Positions 39,200 through 48,805 of a stretch of DNA of 64,000 nt are shown here, piece by piece. Made by a program: the position numbers and the translations under genes. The notes under the pieces are model-generated. The model did not search any database and was not told where the DNA came from. It worked only from the letters and a program-made list of their open reading frames with translations. Source of the stretch: Desulfomonilia bacterium. Its GTDB lineage: Bacteria; Desulfobacterota; Desulfomonilia; UBA1062. Within the stretch, counting starts at the first letter, position 1. Each line of letters opens with the position of its first letter. The DNA lies in contig CAXXDQ010000004.1 of the NCBI GenBank assembly GCA_963664325.2, forward strand, positions 416,001 through 480,000, read 5' to 3'.

Positions 39200-39496
39200 A
39201 TGGCAAAACCGATGGATAAGATATCATGGCAGGAACTGGAAATCGGCGCGGCCGTATCCGAAGTGGGAAACGCCATGGATTACAAGACTGGCTCATGGCG
39301 ATCACTGAAGCCGGTCGTAAACGCTTCCCAGTGTATCAAATGCGGCATTTGCTGGATATTCTGCCCGGATACTTCGATAGTTAGAGCGGCCGACGGTCAC
39401 TTCCAGGCCGATCTTGAATACTGCAAGGGATGCGGCATATGCGCGCATGAATGCCCGGTCGGCTGCATAACAATGGTGAGCGAGGAGGAAGTCTAA
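39200..39496 (+). CDS. porD: 2-oxoacid:ferredoxin oxidoreductase delta subunit, 2x[4Fe-4S]
   Basis: KTGSWR, CIKCGICWIFCP, YCKGCGICAHECP. Confidence 0.93.
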   Translation: MAKPMDKISWQELEIGAAVSEVGNAMDYKTGSWRSLKPVVNASQCIKCGICWIFCPDTSIVRAADGHFQADLEYCKGCGICAHECPVGCITMVSEEEV

Positions 39497-40678
39497 ATGG
39501 CCAAGGAAAGAAAAGGAATAGAAGTATCGCTGGCCATATCGGAAGCGGTCTGTCAGGCGGATGTTGATGTCGTCAGTGCATATCCGATAACGCCGCAGAC
39601 GCATATAGTCGAACACCTTTCCGAACTGGTGGCCGACGGCCATCTGGATGCCGAGTTCGTGCCGGTCGAAAGCGAGCATTCCGCGATGAGCGTTTGCGTG
39701 GGCTCCGCAGCTGTCGGCGCGCGATCGTTCACATCCACCAGCTCTCAGGGGCTGGCCCTGATGGCGGAAATATTCTACATCACGTCCAGCCTCAGGCTGC
39801 CGGTTGTCATGGCACTGGCCAATCGATCGCTGTCCGGGCCTCTTTCCATCTGGAACGACCATACAGACACCATGATGGTGCGCGACGCAGGCTGGATACA
39901 CGTGTTCGTCGAAAACGGCCAGGAGGCTTATGACCATATCTTCTGGGCTTTCAGGGTCGGCGAAGACAAAAATGTGATGCTGCCTGTCGCCGTCAACCTC
40001 GATGGCTTCATAATGACGCACATGATCGAACCCATCGATTTCGAGGACAACGAACTGATCAAAAAATATCTTCCGCCCCACAACATGATCCATGCGCTGC
40101 ATCCTGACAAGCCTTCGTCCATGGGCTGCTTCGCGATGCCGGAAATATATACCGAGACCCAGTTCGCAAGGGATCAGGCGCTGCTAAATTCCTACCCGGT
40201 CTGCCTTAAGGCGTGGGACGAATGGGCGGCCCTTACCGGAAGGAAATATCTTCCCGTAGAGACATACAGGGCCGACGATGCGGAATACTGCATAGTCACG
40301 ATGGGCTCTTTCGGCGAAACCGCGATGAACGCCATCGACGAGCTACGCGCCGAGGGCGAAAAAGTGGGCGGCATAAGGATAAGACTGTGGAGGCCGTTCC
40401 CGTTCGACGATTTCTTCAGGGCCGCGGCCGGAAAGAAATACCTTATAGTCCTGGACAGGGCCATAAGTTTCGGAGGCCCCGGAGGCCCGGTTGCACTGGA
40501 AGTCAGGAACGCGCTCTACAAGAAGACCAAGGCGCCCACGGTCGTGGACTATGTGGCGGGTCTTGCCGGCAGGGACGTTGCCGTATCCGACTTCAAGAAG
40601 ATCATCCTGGAGGGCAAGGCAAAGGCCGAAAAAGGCAAAACCAAGGGCTATACGCTGTATGGCCTCAGGTCGTCATAA
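39497..40678 (+). CDS. porA: 2-oxoacid:ferredoxin oxidoreductase alpha subunit
   Basis: AYPITPQT, VESEHSA, TSSQGL, NRSLSGPLSIWNDH. Confidence 0.93.
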   Translation: MAKERKGIEVSLAISEAVCQADVDVVSAYPITPQTHIVEHLSELVADGHLDAEFVPVESEHSAMSVCVGSAAVGARSFTSTSSQGLALMAEIFYITSSLRLPVVMALANRSLSGPLSIWNDHTDTMMVRDAGWIHVFVENGQEAYDHIFWAFRVGEDKNVMLPVAVNLDGFIMTHMIEPIDFEDNELIKKYLPPHNMIHALHPDKPSSMGCFAMPEIYTETQFARDQALLNSYPVCLKAWDEWAALTGRKYLPVETYRADDAEYCIVTMGSFGETAMNAIDELRAEGEKVGGIRIRLWRPFPFDDFFRAAAGKKYLIVLDRAISFGGPGGPVALEVRNALYKKTKAPTVVDYVAGLAGRDVAVSDFKKIILEGKAKAEKGKTKGYTLYGLRSS

Positions 40679-40689
40679 GGAGAAATGTT

Positions 40690-41616
40690 ATGGAAAAGTT
40701 CTCGGTATTCTCTTCGAGACTGGTTGAAAAAGCGGAATTCTTCACATCCGGCCACCGCGCCTGCCAGGGATGCGCCGAGGCGCTGGCGGTCAGGCATGTT
40801 TTGAAGGCGCTCGGCCGCGACACCATCGTCGCCATGTCGACCGGGTGCATGGAAATCATCTCATCTCCTCTGCCCACGACGGCCTGGAAGGTCCCCTGGA
40901 TACACGTCGCATTCGAAAACAGTTCCGCTGTCGCAAGCGGCTGCGAATCCGGGATGAAGGCCATGATGAGAAAGGGCAAGATCCCGAAGAAGAAGATAAA
41001 CTTCGTAGGCATGGGCGGCGACGGCGCAACGGCCGACATCGGAATGGGCCAGCTTTCAGGGGCTCTCGAGCGCGGCCACGACATGATCTATGTCTGCTAC
41101 GACAACGAGGCCTACATGAACACGGGCATTCAGCGCTCCTCCGAGACGCCTTGGGGCGCGAGCACTACGACGAGCCCGGCCGGCAAGAAGTCCATAGGCC
41201 AGCATACGCAGAAGAAGGACATGCCCAAGATCGCGGTAGCACACCATATACCGTACGTAGCGACCGCCTGCTCCAGCTTCCCGTTCGATCTCATGGAAAA
41301 GGTGAAAAGGGCCTCCGAGATAGAGGGACCGGCCTATGTTCACGTGATGAGCATATGCCCGACGGGCTGGCGCATACCCACGGAAGAGGCCATAAAATAC
41401 GGCAGGCTCATCGTCGATTCCTGCGTGTTCCCCCTCTACGAGGTGGTTAACGGCAAGTACTCCATGACCTACGAGCCCGAGAAGATCATCCCTGTCGCGG
41501 AATACATAAAGGGCCAGGGCCGGTTCAGGCATCTGACCCCGCAGATGATCGAGGAGATACAGGAGCACACGACGAAGGAATACGAGAAGATCCTTAGAAT
41601 GTGTGAAGAGGAATAG
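40690..41616 (+). CDS. porB: 2-oxoacid:ferredoxin oxidoreductase beta (TPP-binding) subunit
   Basis: GHRACQGC, TGCME, GGDG...YDNEAYMNTG, CPTGW; true start MEKF at 40690 after AAGGAG. Confidence 0.93.
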   Translation: MEKFSVFSSRLVEKAEFFTSGHRACQGCAEALAVRHVLKALGRDTIVAMSTGCMEIISSPLPTTAWKVPWIHVAFENSSAVASGCESGMKAMMRKGKIPKKKINFVGMGGDGATADIGMGQLSGALERGHDMIYVCYDNEAYMNTGIQRSSETPWGASTTTSPAGKKSIGQHTQKKDMPKIAVAHHIPYVATACSSFPFDLMEKVKRASEIEGPAYVHVMSICPTGWRIPTEEAIKYGRLIVDSCVFPLYEVVNGKYSMTYEPEKIIPVAEYIKGQGRFRHLTPQMIEEIQEHTTKEYEKILRMCEEE

Positions 41617-41618
41617 CC

Positions 41619-42074
41619 ATGATTGATATGAATAAAGTTGACGAGATCATAAACAGGTATGAGAAGTCCGAGGAGGCGCTTCTGGCCATTCTTCAGGATT
41701 TCCAGAGGGAATTCTTCTACGTACCGGAAGAGGGCATGAAACGCTTGAGCGAGGTCATGGGCGTGCCGGAGAGCAAGATATATGCGATGGGCACGTTCTA
41801 CAAGGCGCTCTCGCTCTCTCCCAGGGGCAGGCATACTATCAAGGTCTGCACCGGGACGGCATGCCACCTGAAGGGCGCGCCGCAGATCATAGAGACTCTC
41901 GAACGCGAACTCAAGATCAAGCGCGAAAACACCACGGAAGACGGCAGGTTCACGCTTGAATGCGTGAACTGCGTGGGTGCATGCGCGATGGCTCCGGTTA
42001 CCGTGGTCGACGAAGACTACTACGGACAGACAAGGGCGTCGAAAGTCGGCGATGTCCTGAAGAAATACGAGTAA
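41619..42074 (+). CDS. NuoE/HydC-like [2Fe-2S] subunit
   Basis: LLAILQDFQ, VCTGTACHLKG, CVGACAMAP. Confidence 0.92.
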   Translation: MIDMNKVDEIINRYEKSEEALLAILQDFQREFFYVPEEGMKRLSEVMGVPESKIYAMGTFYKALSLSPRGRHTIKVCTGTACHLKGAPQIIETLERELKIKRENTTEDGRFTLECVNCVGACAMAPVTVVDEDYYGQTRASKVGDVLKKYE

Positions 42075-42080
42075 GAGGGG

Positions 42081-43940
42081 ATGCCAATGTCAGCGATAAC
42101 CTCTATAAACGAACTTGGTGCATACAGGGCCGCAGCCGAAGCGGGACTGAACAAGGACCTTCCGTACGCCCTGGTATGCTGGGGAACCGGTTGCCTTGCA
42201 AACGGCTCCAAAGCCGTTGCCGAGGCGCTTGCCAGAGAGATAGAAACCCAGGGCCTCAAGGTGGACGTGAACATCGGACTCAAGACTACGGGCTGCCACG
42301 GCTACTGCGAAAACGGCCCTCTGGTCGCGCTCATGCCGAAGGGCATCCTTTATCTTAAGGTCAAGGAAAAGGATATCCCGGAGATCGTTGAAAAAAGCAT
42401 AAAGGGCGACGAGATAATCGAACACCTAATCTATAAGGACAAAAACACGGGAGAGCTCGTAGCCCAGTACAAGGAGATACCGTTCTACAAGCACCAGCAC
42501 CGCATAGCACTCAGGAACATAGGCGAGATTGATCCCACGAACATAGACGACTACATACTCTCCGGTGGGTATGACGGCCTCGCCAAGGCACTCACCATGG
42601 ACGGCGACGCGATTATCTCCGAGATCGAGAAATCAGGCCTTCGCGGCCGAGGGGGCGGCGGCTTCCCCGCAGGCACAAAGTGGCGCTCCTGCAAGGCCAT
42701 AGCATCCGATGTCCGCTATGTCATCTGCAACGGCGACGAGGGCGACCCCGGCGCATTCATGGACCGCTCGGTCATGGAGGGCGACCCGCACTCGGTAATC
42801 GAGGGCATGATCATAGGCGCCATAGCCGTGGGCGCGCATCAGGGCTACATATACGTGCGCGACGAATATCCGCTGGCCGTCAAGAACCTTGCGAAAGCGA
42901 TAGCCGCGGCGAGAGAAAAAGGCTTCCTCGGCAAAAACATCCTGGGAACGGGATATGACTTCGATCTGAAAATAAGCAGAGGCGGCGGCGCATTCGTATG
43001 CGGCGAAAGTTCGGCGCTTATGCGTTCGGTCGAGGGAAAGGTGGGCGAACCCAGGGCCAAGTACATACGCTCGGTCGAGAAAGGCCTCTATGACAAGCCT
43101 ACGGTACTGAATAACGTCGAGACCTGGGCGAACGTGCCCGAGATAATCATCAAGGGCGCCGACTGGTATTCTGCGATGGGGACAAAGGGCTCCAAGGGGA
43201 CCAAGGTCTTTTCCCTTGTCGGCAAGGTCAACAACACGGGCCTGGTCGAAGTGCCCATGGGCGTCACAATCCGCGAACTCGTACAGAACATAGGAGGCGG
43301 CGTCCTGGGAGGCAAGAAGTTCAAGGCGGTTCAGACCGGAGGTCCTTCCGGCGGCTGCATCCCGGAAAAGCTCGCCGACCTGCCGATAGACTTCGACAGC
43401 CTCACCGAGGCAGGCTCGATGATGGGCTCGGGCGGCATCATCGTGATGGACGAAGAGACCTGCATGGTCGACGTTGCACGCTACTTCATCAACTTCCTGG
43501 TGGGCGAATCGTGCGGCAAATGCACCCCGTGCCGCGACGGGCTCAGAAAAATGCTGGACATCCTCACGGCAATAACCGAAGGCAAAGGCCAGCCGGGAGA
43601 CATCGATGTCCTGGAAGAGATATGCGGAACGCTCACATGGGCCGCGCTCTGCGGGCTCGGATCATCGGCCGCAAACCCTGTACTCTCCACGATCAAGTAT
43701 TTCCGCGATGAGTATGATGCGCACATCAATGACAAGAAGTGTCCCGCAGGAGTCTGCAAGGCGCTGATAACGTATTCGATTACGGAAGCCTGTACGGGCT
43801 GCACCCTGTGCGCCAAGAAGTGTCCGCAGGAGTGCATCACCGGCGAGAGAAAAGGACTGCATGTCATTGATACTGCAAAGTGCATCAGATGCGGAATCTG
43901 CAAGGATGTCTGCAACTTTAACGCAGTGAAGGTGAGCTGA
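42081..43940 (+). CDS. NuoF/HydB-like FMN/NADH-binding subunit with N-terminal [2Fe-2S] and C-terminal ferredoxin domains
   Basis: CWGTGC...[61 protein letters not shown], two CxxCxxCxxxC motifs. Confidence 0.93.
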   Translation: MPMSAITSINELGAYRAAAEAGLNKDLPYALVCWGTGCLANGSKAVAEALAREIETQGLKVDVNIGLKTTGCHGYCENGPLVALMPKGILYLKVKEKDIPEIVEKSIKGDEIIEHLIYKDKNTGELVAQYKEIPFYKHQHRIALRNIGEIDPTNIDDYILSGGYDGLAKALTMDGDAIISEIEKSGLRGRGGGGFPAGTKWRSCKAIASDVRYVICNGDEGDPGAFMDRSVMEGDPHSVIEGMIIGAIAVGAHQGYIYVRDEYPLAVKNLAKAIAAAREKGFLGKNILGTGYDFDLKISRGGGAFVCGESSALMRSVEGKVGEPRAKYIRSVEKGLYDKPTVLNNVETWANVPEIIIKGADWYSAMGTKGSKGTKVFSLVGKVNNTGLVEVPMGVTIRELVQNIGGGVLGGKKFKAVQTGGPSGGCIPEKLADLPIDFDSLTEAGSMMGSGGIIVMDEETCMVDVARYFINFLVGESCGKCTPCRDGLRKMLDILTAITEGKGQPGDIDVLEEICGTLTWAALCGLGSSAANPVLSTIKYFRDEYDAHINDKKCPAGVCKALITYSITEACTGCTLCAKKCPQECITGERKGLHVIDTAKCIRCGICKDVCNFNAVKVS

Positions 43941-43941
43941 C

Positions 43942-44670
43942 ATGGAAAAGGTGAAAGTTATAATCGACGGAAGGGAATTCGAGGCGGCCAAAGACACGCC
44001 GGTACTTCAGGTGGCTCATGAAAACGGCGTTTACATTCCGCACCTCTGCCACAACGAGGAAATCTCGAACAGCGGAGGCTCGTGCAGGGTCTGCCTTGTC
44101 GAAGCACATCAGGGCGGAAAGATGCGCATGGTAACATCATGCAACTATCCGGTGAGAAAAGGCCTCGAGATAAAAACGGATACCGAATTCGTCCACAAGA
44201 TCAGGAAGGGCGTTCTCGAACTGCTCCTGGCCCGCGTGCCGGATTCCGATGTGATACAGAAGCTGGCGGCTGCAGAAGGCGTGACCGAACCTCGCTTTAA
44301 AAAGGACGAGGGCGAGGACAACCGCTGGAAGTGTATAGCCTGCTCGCTCTGCACGCAGGTCTGCGAGGATGTGGTCGGCGTCTCGGCCATCTCCATGCTG
44401 AACCGGGGCGGGAACAAAAAGCCAGGCACTCCTTTCAAAAAGGCCTCCATTACATGCATAGGCTGCGGCGCATGCGTTTACGCCTGCCCGACAGGCGCGA
44501 TCAGCCTGAAAGAAAAAGGCGGCGTGCGCCGCATCTGGCAGCAGGACTTCCCGATGATCAGATGCAGCGTATGCGAAAGACCGTACATACCTGAAAAGCA
44601 GGTGGAATGGATTGTTAAGACGACGGGCAAGGAGCGCTCGTTCTTTGACAAGTGCCCGGACCACCGCTGA
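43942..44670 (+). CDS. Short NuoG/HydA N-terminal-like Fe-S subunit without catalytic domain
   Basis: IPHLC...GSCRVCLVE...TSC [2Fe-2S]; CIACSLCTQVC and CIGCGACVYACP; 242 aa; no H-cluster or Mo-binding domain. Confidence 0.88.
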   Translation: MEKVKVIIDGREFEAAKDTPVLQVAHENGVYIPHLCHNEEISNSGGSCRVCLVEAHQGGKMRMVTSCNYPVRKGLEIKTDTEFVHKIRKGVLELLLARVPDSDVIQKLAAAEGVTEPRFKKDEGEDNRWKCIACSLCTQVCEDVVGVSAISMLNRGGNKKPGTPFKKASITCIGCGACVYACPTGAISLKEKGGVRRIWQQDFPMIRCSVCERPYIPEKQVEWIVKTTGKERSFFDKCPDHR

Positions 44671-44793
44671 GCGGCGCGTGATAACTTTGCATACCCGCGT
44701 TGCTCCTTGTCTCGTCGCTGCGGAGTACGCTAGTAAGTACACCTCGCTCCTTAACTGCGTCGCGCCTTGGCCTGCCGTGTTCTGACGCGCCGC
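44671..44793. repeat. Palindromic intergenic repeat element, copy 1
   Basis: Terminal IR GCGGCGCGT / ACGCGCCGC; core CGGAGTACGCTAGTAAGTACACCT and TGCGTCGCG shared with 48604-48727. Confidence 0.7.
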
Positions 44794-44822
44794 CGTTTAG
44801 GAAAAAGAATTTGAATCCCACT

Positions 44823-44854
44823 AACCCTCTTGGCTTCAAGGGGGTTTATATTTT
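44823..44854 (+). terminator. Probable terminator of the por-nuoEFG-like operon
   Basis: AACCCTCTTG-GCTT-CAAGGGGGTT then TATATTTT. Confidence 0.6.
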
Positions 44855-45316
44855 GCCGACATATGGCATGGCTGTCGCCATCCCAAAAACCAGCAAATGA
44901 AAAATCTTTTGTATGTGCTGTATTCCAGATACAGCGATGATTTTTCGGAAGAGATTTTTTAACGGTCTTTGTTACAGTAGCGTGAATAAAACCTTTAACA
45001 AATTACCGTTGAAATTATAAATTGATAAACTCCTGCGAAAAAGATAGACGTTTTTATACCAACAGCCATAACCTGATGCTGATTATTTCCTGATTATGCA
45101 GAATACGGCAAGTTGTTTGCAGTAAGCGGAAAGTAGTAAGACGTTCTTTCCATGGTTTGTGTTATACTCAAGGAATAAACTGAAAAAGCGTCCATTTATA
45201 GGAGGTGAGATGACTGAATATTTTCCATCTACATCCAAATTATATATTAAAAAATCCCACATAACTGTTAGCAAGAATCATGTTCAGTATATTTGAAGAT
45301 AAAACAGGTTAACAAT

Positions 45317-46051
45317 ATGAAACGACAATCTATACGGATGCTTTTGTTGCTTTTCTCTTTTTCTGTATTTCCTATAACAGTTGTTTACCTTTCTCCTGCT
45401 CCACCAATTATGAGCCTGAAGGCAGGAGTCATTAATTTAAGTGTCATCACAATCCTTACAATATTCGTATCTGGATTTATTTTTCGTCGAGCTTTTTGCG
45501 GTTGGCTTTGTCCGGGCGGAGGATGTCAGCTGGTTGCAGAAGCCCTGAACAACAACAGATTGCAACAGCAGAAAACTAATTGGATGCGGATTATACTTGT
45601 TTCCGTCTGGTTCATCATAATGATCTCATTTGTTGTATTCTCTGAACAACTCCCCAAACTGGATTTAGGGCATCCAGGCGCTGGCAAATTTGCCACATCA
45701 AACATTCGTTTCTTTCTGCCGTATATACCGGTGGTAATTTTTATATTTCTATTCGTTTTCCTTATTGGCAGACGAGGTTTTTGTCATCGCGGATGCTGGA
45801 TCTATCCAATCATCGCTTTCAGCTCAAGGGTAGGAAAGTTCATTCACACGCCCAGTCTGTATGTGGCTGCAAAAAACCATGATAAATGCTCGGACTGTAA
45901 GGTATGTACAAAAAACTGTCCGATGAGTATTGACGTATATGATTATATCCAGACACAAACTAAATTACCCAATAATTGCATCCAGTGTGGATCATGCATT
46001 GATAAATGCCCAATGAAAGTTCTCGATTTTTCATTTGGCATTGAGAAATAG
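45317..46051 (+). CDS. Membrane-bound 4Fe-4S binding protein (NapH/NosR/RdxA-like polyferredoxin)
   Basis: TM helices; RAFCGWLCPGG and RGFCHRGCW motifs; CSDCKVCTKNCP, CIQCGSCIDKCP. Confidence 0.85.
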   Translation: MKRQSIRMLLLLFSFSVFPITVVYLSPAPPIMSLKAGVINLSVITILTIFVSGFIFRRAFCGWLCPGGGCQLVAEALNNNRLQQQKTNWMRIILVSVWFIIMISFVVFSEQLPKLDLGHPGAGKFATSNIRFFLPYIPVVIFIFLFVFLIGRRGFCHRGCWIYPIIAFSSRVGKFIHTPSLYVAAKNHDKCSDCKVCTKNCPMSIDVYDYIQTQTKLPNNCIQCGSCIDKCPMKVLDFSFGIEK

Positions 46052-46119
46052 TGATGATCAAATGAATGTCACTTCCAATAAGAGAGCAAAACCATTCAGT
46101 AAACAGGAGGGTACATAAG

Positions 46120-46779
46120 ATGAATTCAGAAAATCATAAGATAAATTTAACAAAACGTGTTGGTGTCGGAGTAACTTTCATAATCTTCCCCTTAATATTC
46201 ATTTTCGCTTTTGCAGGTCACCCTAATCTTTTGAATCCTCGTTTTTTGGGGCCGCAGGAACTCATTCTAAGAGTGCACAATAACCCATTACTACATTTTG
46301 GACATGCATTAGTCACACTATGTACGGGTCTTCTCGTTGTAGTTGCACTACATTTTATGAAGATACAAAATGACAAATCAACTGCTTGGTATGGTTTTAT
46401 TGGTGCCGTGTTTGCTGTCTTAGGAGCACTTATGTTGGCTGCGGACAAAGGAGCCTTATGTTTGACAATGAGCGCCTTGGATACATTGCCTGAAGCCGAA
46501 TTCAACCAAATGATGCCAGGACTGCTTGCCATGTTTGCCAAAAAGGGCTGGCTGGTATTAATTTGGGGGCTTCTCTTTATACCGATTGGCTTTATTATTC
46601 AGGGAATAGGGTTACTAAAGTCCAAGAGTCTTTCTGCTTGGCAAAGTCTATTGTTTATAATCGGAGTACTTTTCATCGGCACTCCTGATGGTGTTGAAAT
46701 CGTCAACCTGACTGCATCCATATTGATAGCAGTAGCTTTAATACCATACGGATTCAAGATAATAGCAGATAAAAACTAA
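46120..46779 (+). CDS. Multi-pass membrane protein of unknown function
   Basis: About 6 hydrophobic segments; RBS AGGAGG before 46120. Confidence 0.75.
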   Translation: MNSENHKINLTKRVGVGVTFIIFPLIFIFAFAGHPNLLNPRFLGPQELILRVHNNPLLHFGHALVTLCTGLLVVVALHFMKIQNDKSTAWYGFIGAVFAVLGALMLAADKGALCLTMSALDTLPEAEFNQMMPGLLAMFAKKGWLVLIWGLLFIPIGFIIQGIGLLKSKSLSAWQSLLFIIGVLFIGTPDGVEIVNLTASILIAVALIPYGFKIIADKN

Positions 46780-47009
46780 GAAGAAGTAGCGAAAGTGTCA
46801 GGACTTGGCATTCGCCTATTAAACAAGTTATAGCTTGTGATCTGAGCATGAACCTTTAGACCTGGCCGCAGGCAATGCAAAAGATTGCATCTTAAAAGGG
46901 TGTTCTGTTATATCTGTTCACACAAATGTCTTTTAGTCCAATTGTTGAAAATGGTTTATTCATAAAAAGCTGATTATTCAAGAAAACGATATAGCGAAAA
47001 GGAGAGATC

Positions 47010-48599
47010 ATGATGAAAATAAAAATACAGAGGGTTGTCATTATCCTTCTTGTCATATTCTTTTCATGTATTGCATACGTCCAGACTCAGGCGGCCGATA
47101 AGCCCAGGTACAGGATAGCCATTGCCGAAGTCCTCCAGGAAACGGATTCCTTTTCCCCGGTTATTACAACCAGGGATAACTTCAGCCCGGGCGTTCCAAT
47201 ACTCAAAGGCGCGGCCATCATCCCTTACAGCAAAAAAGAAAATAAAGAGCTCGGCGGGTTCATAGCCGCAGTGGAAAAAGAGGGCCGGGGCGAAATAGAG
47301 ATAGTGCCGATTCTCAAGGCGAGGTCCGATTCCGGCGGGCCGCTTGACAGCGGTCTGTATGAAGGGTTCAGGAAGGACCTCTCGGAAGGCCTCAGAAAGG
47401 CCGGCAGAATCGACGGGGTATACCTTTCGCTTCACGGGGCCATGGGCGTTGTCGGGATGCGCGATCCCGAGGGCGACCTGCTTGCAGTTGTCCGCTCGGA
47501 ACTGGGCAACAGCGTGCCGGTCGGGATAAGCCATGACCTCCACGCCTGCGTGACGAAGAAGCGCGCCGAACTGGCCACCTTCATAGTGGGCTATCATACG
47601 AATCCGCACAGGGATTTCTATAAAACCGGTTATAAGGCAGGCGATTTAATGATCAGGACCGTCCGGGGGGAAATAAAGCCTGTCATGACGATGCGGAAGA
47701 TGAGGCTCCTCAAGGGCGGCGGCATGGACGTTGATTTTCTTTCCCCCATGAGGAGCATATTTTCAAGGATGAGCCGTATGGAGAAAGAGCCGGGGGTGCT
47801 CTCGGTCTCGAATTTCATAGTGCACATCTGGCTTGATGATAAGGAACTCGGCTGGAGCACCGTCGCCGTGACAAACGGGAATAAGGCCCTTGCCGACAAA
47901 CTGGCTGACGAGCTGGCCGACCTCGACTGGTCGGTCCGGGCCGTGCAGCCTCCCAGGGCGAATACGCCCGACGAGGCGGTGGAGATTGCAAAGTCTTCCT
48001 GGCTGGCGCGCAGGTTCGGAACGACGGTGTTCTGCGATTCGTCCGACGCCGTAGGCGCAGGCGCACCCGGCGAGAGCACTTGGATATTGAAGGCGGTTAT
48101 GAACAAGGCCCCGGAACTTGTATCGTACATCCCAATCAGTGACGCTGCCGCCGCATCCGCCGCTTATGCTGCAAACCTTCACGACAGGCTCACACTGTCC
48201 GTAGGGGGGAAGCTCGATAAAACCTACAACATGCCCGTGAAGTTCTCCGGCGAGCTGATATACAAGAACAAGGGCATGCTCGGAAAAACCGCAATCCTCA
48301 AGGACCGGGGAATACGCCTTATCCTTACCGAACACCCCGACCCGACTTACCATCCGGAGTATTTCACCAGTCTCGGGCTAAGCCTCTGGAAAGCGGATAT
48401 CGTCGTCGTAAAGAACCTCTTTCCTTTCCGGTACTTCTTTCTCCTCTACAACCGCAAGACGGTGAACGTCATCAGCCCCGGAACCTCCAGCATAGATGTT
48501 TTCTCTCTGAAATACCGGAACATCACCAGACCCATTTATCCGCTGGATAAAATAGGGTCATGGAAAATACCGGAACAGGCATCCGGCATCAGCAAATAA
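47010..48599 (+). CDS. M81-family metallopeptidase (MlrC-like) with signal peptide
   Basis: QETDSFSP, LSLHGAM, DLHA, YHTNPHRD, DAVGAGAPG, RPIYPLD. Confidence 0.88.
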   Translation: MMKIKIQRVVIILLVIFFSCIAYVQTQAADKPRYRIAIAEVLQETDSFSPVITTRDNFSPGVPILKGAAIIPYSKKENKELGGFIAAVEKEGRGEIEIVPILKARSDSGGPLDSGLYEGFRKDLSEGLRKAGRIDGVYLSLHGAMGVVGMRDPEGDLLAVVRSELGNSVPVGISHDLHACVTKKRAELATFIVGYHTNPHRDFYKTGYKAGDLMIRTVRGEIKPVMTMRKMRLLKGGGMDVDFLSPMRSIFSRMSRMEKEPGVLSVSNFIVHIWLDDKELGWSTVAVTNGNKALADKLADELADLDWSVRAVQPPRANTPDEAVEIAKSSWLARRFGTTVFCDSSDAVGAGAPGESTWILKAVMNKAPELVSYIPISDAAAASAAYAANLHDRLTLSVGGKLDKTYNMPVKFSGELIYKNKGMLGKTAILKDRGIRLILTEHPDPTYHPEYFTSLGLSLWKADIVVVKNLFPFRYFFLLYNRKTVNVISPGTSSIDVFSLKYRNITRPIYPLDKIGSWKIPEQASGISK

Positions 48600-48603
48600 A
48601 TGT

Positions 48604-48727
48604 TTCCGCTTCCTATTCGATCCCTGCCTTTGGCGGCTGCGTCGGAATGCTCCTCGGAGTACGTTAGAAGTACACCTGCGTCGCGTCCTCCATGCCTTCG
48701 CGGCATCATCCCGAATATAAAGCGGAA
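48604..48727. repeat. Palindromic intergenic repeat element, copy 2
   Basis: Terminal IR TTCCGCTT..TATTCG / CGAATA..AAGCGGAA; core CGGAGTACGTTAGAAGTACACCTGCGTCGCG. Confidence 0.7.
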
Positions 48728-48805
48728 CTTAAAACCAATTTATTTTTACAACTCAATGTCCGATAAGATAACTTTTCCTTATGAATTCTTGAAGGAGAAT
48801 TTAAA

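Noticed and set aside
40213-40689. 159-aa Arg-rich N-terminal extension of porB in the ORF track
   Set aside because: Overlaps porA in another frame; the real start with RBS AAGGAG is at 40690
44668-44733. Selenocysteine read-through of the TGA ending the NuoG-like gene (stem-loop follows directly)
   Set aside because: The TGA is not at a Cys-equivalent position, read-through adds only 20 unremarkable residues, and the hairpin is explained by the repeat element
45083-45274. 63-aa ORF in the AT-rich islet
   Set aside because: No motif or RBS support; likely spurious
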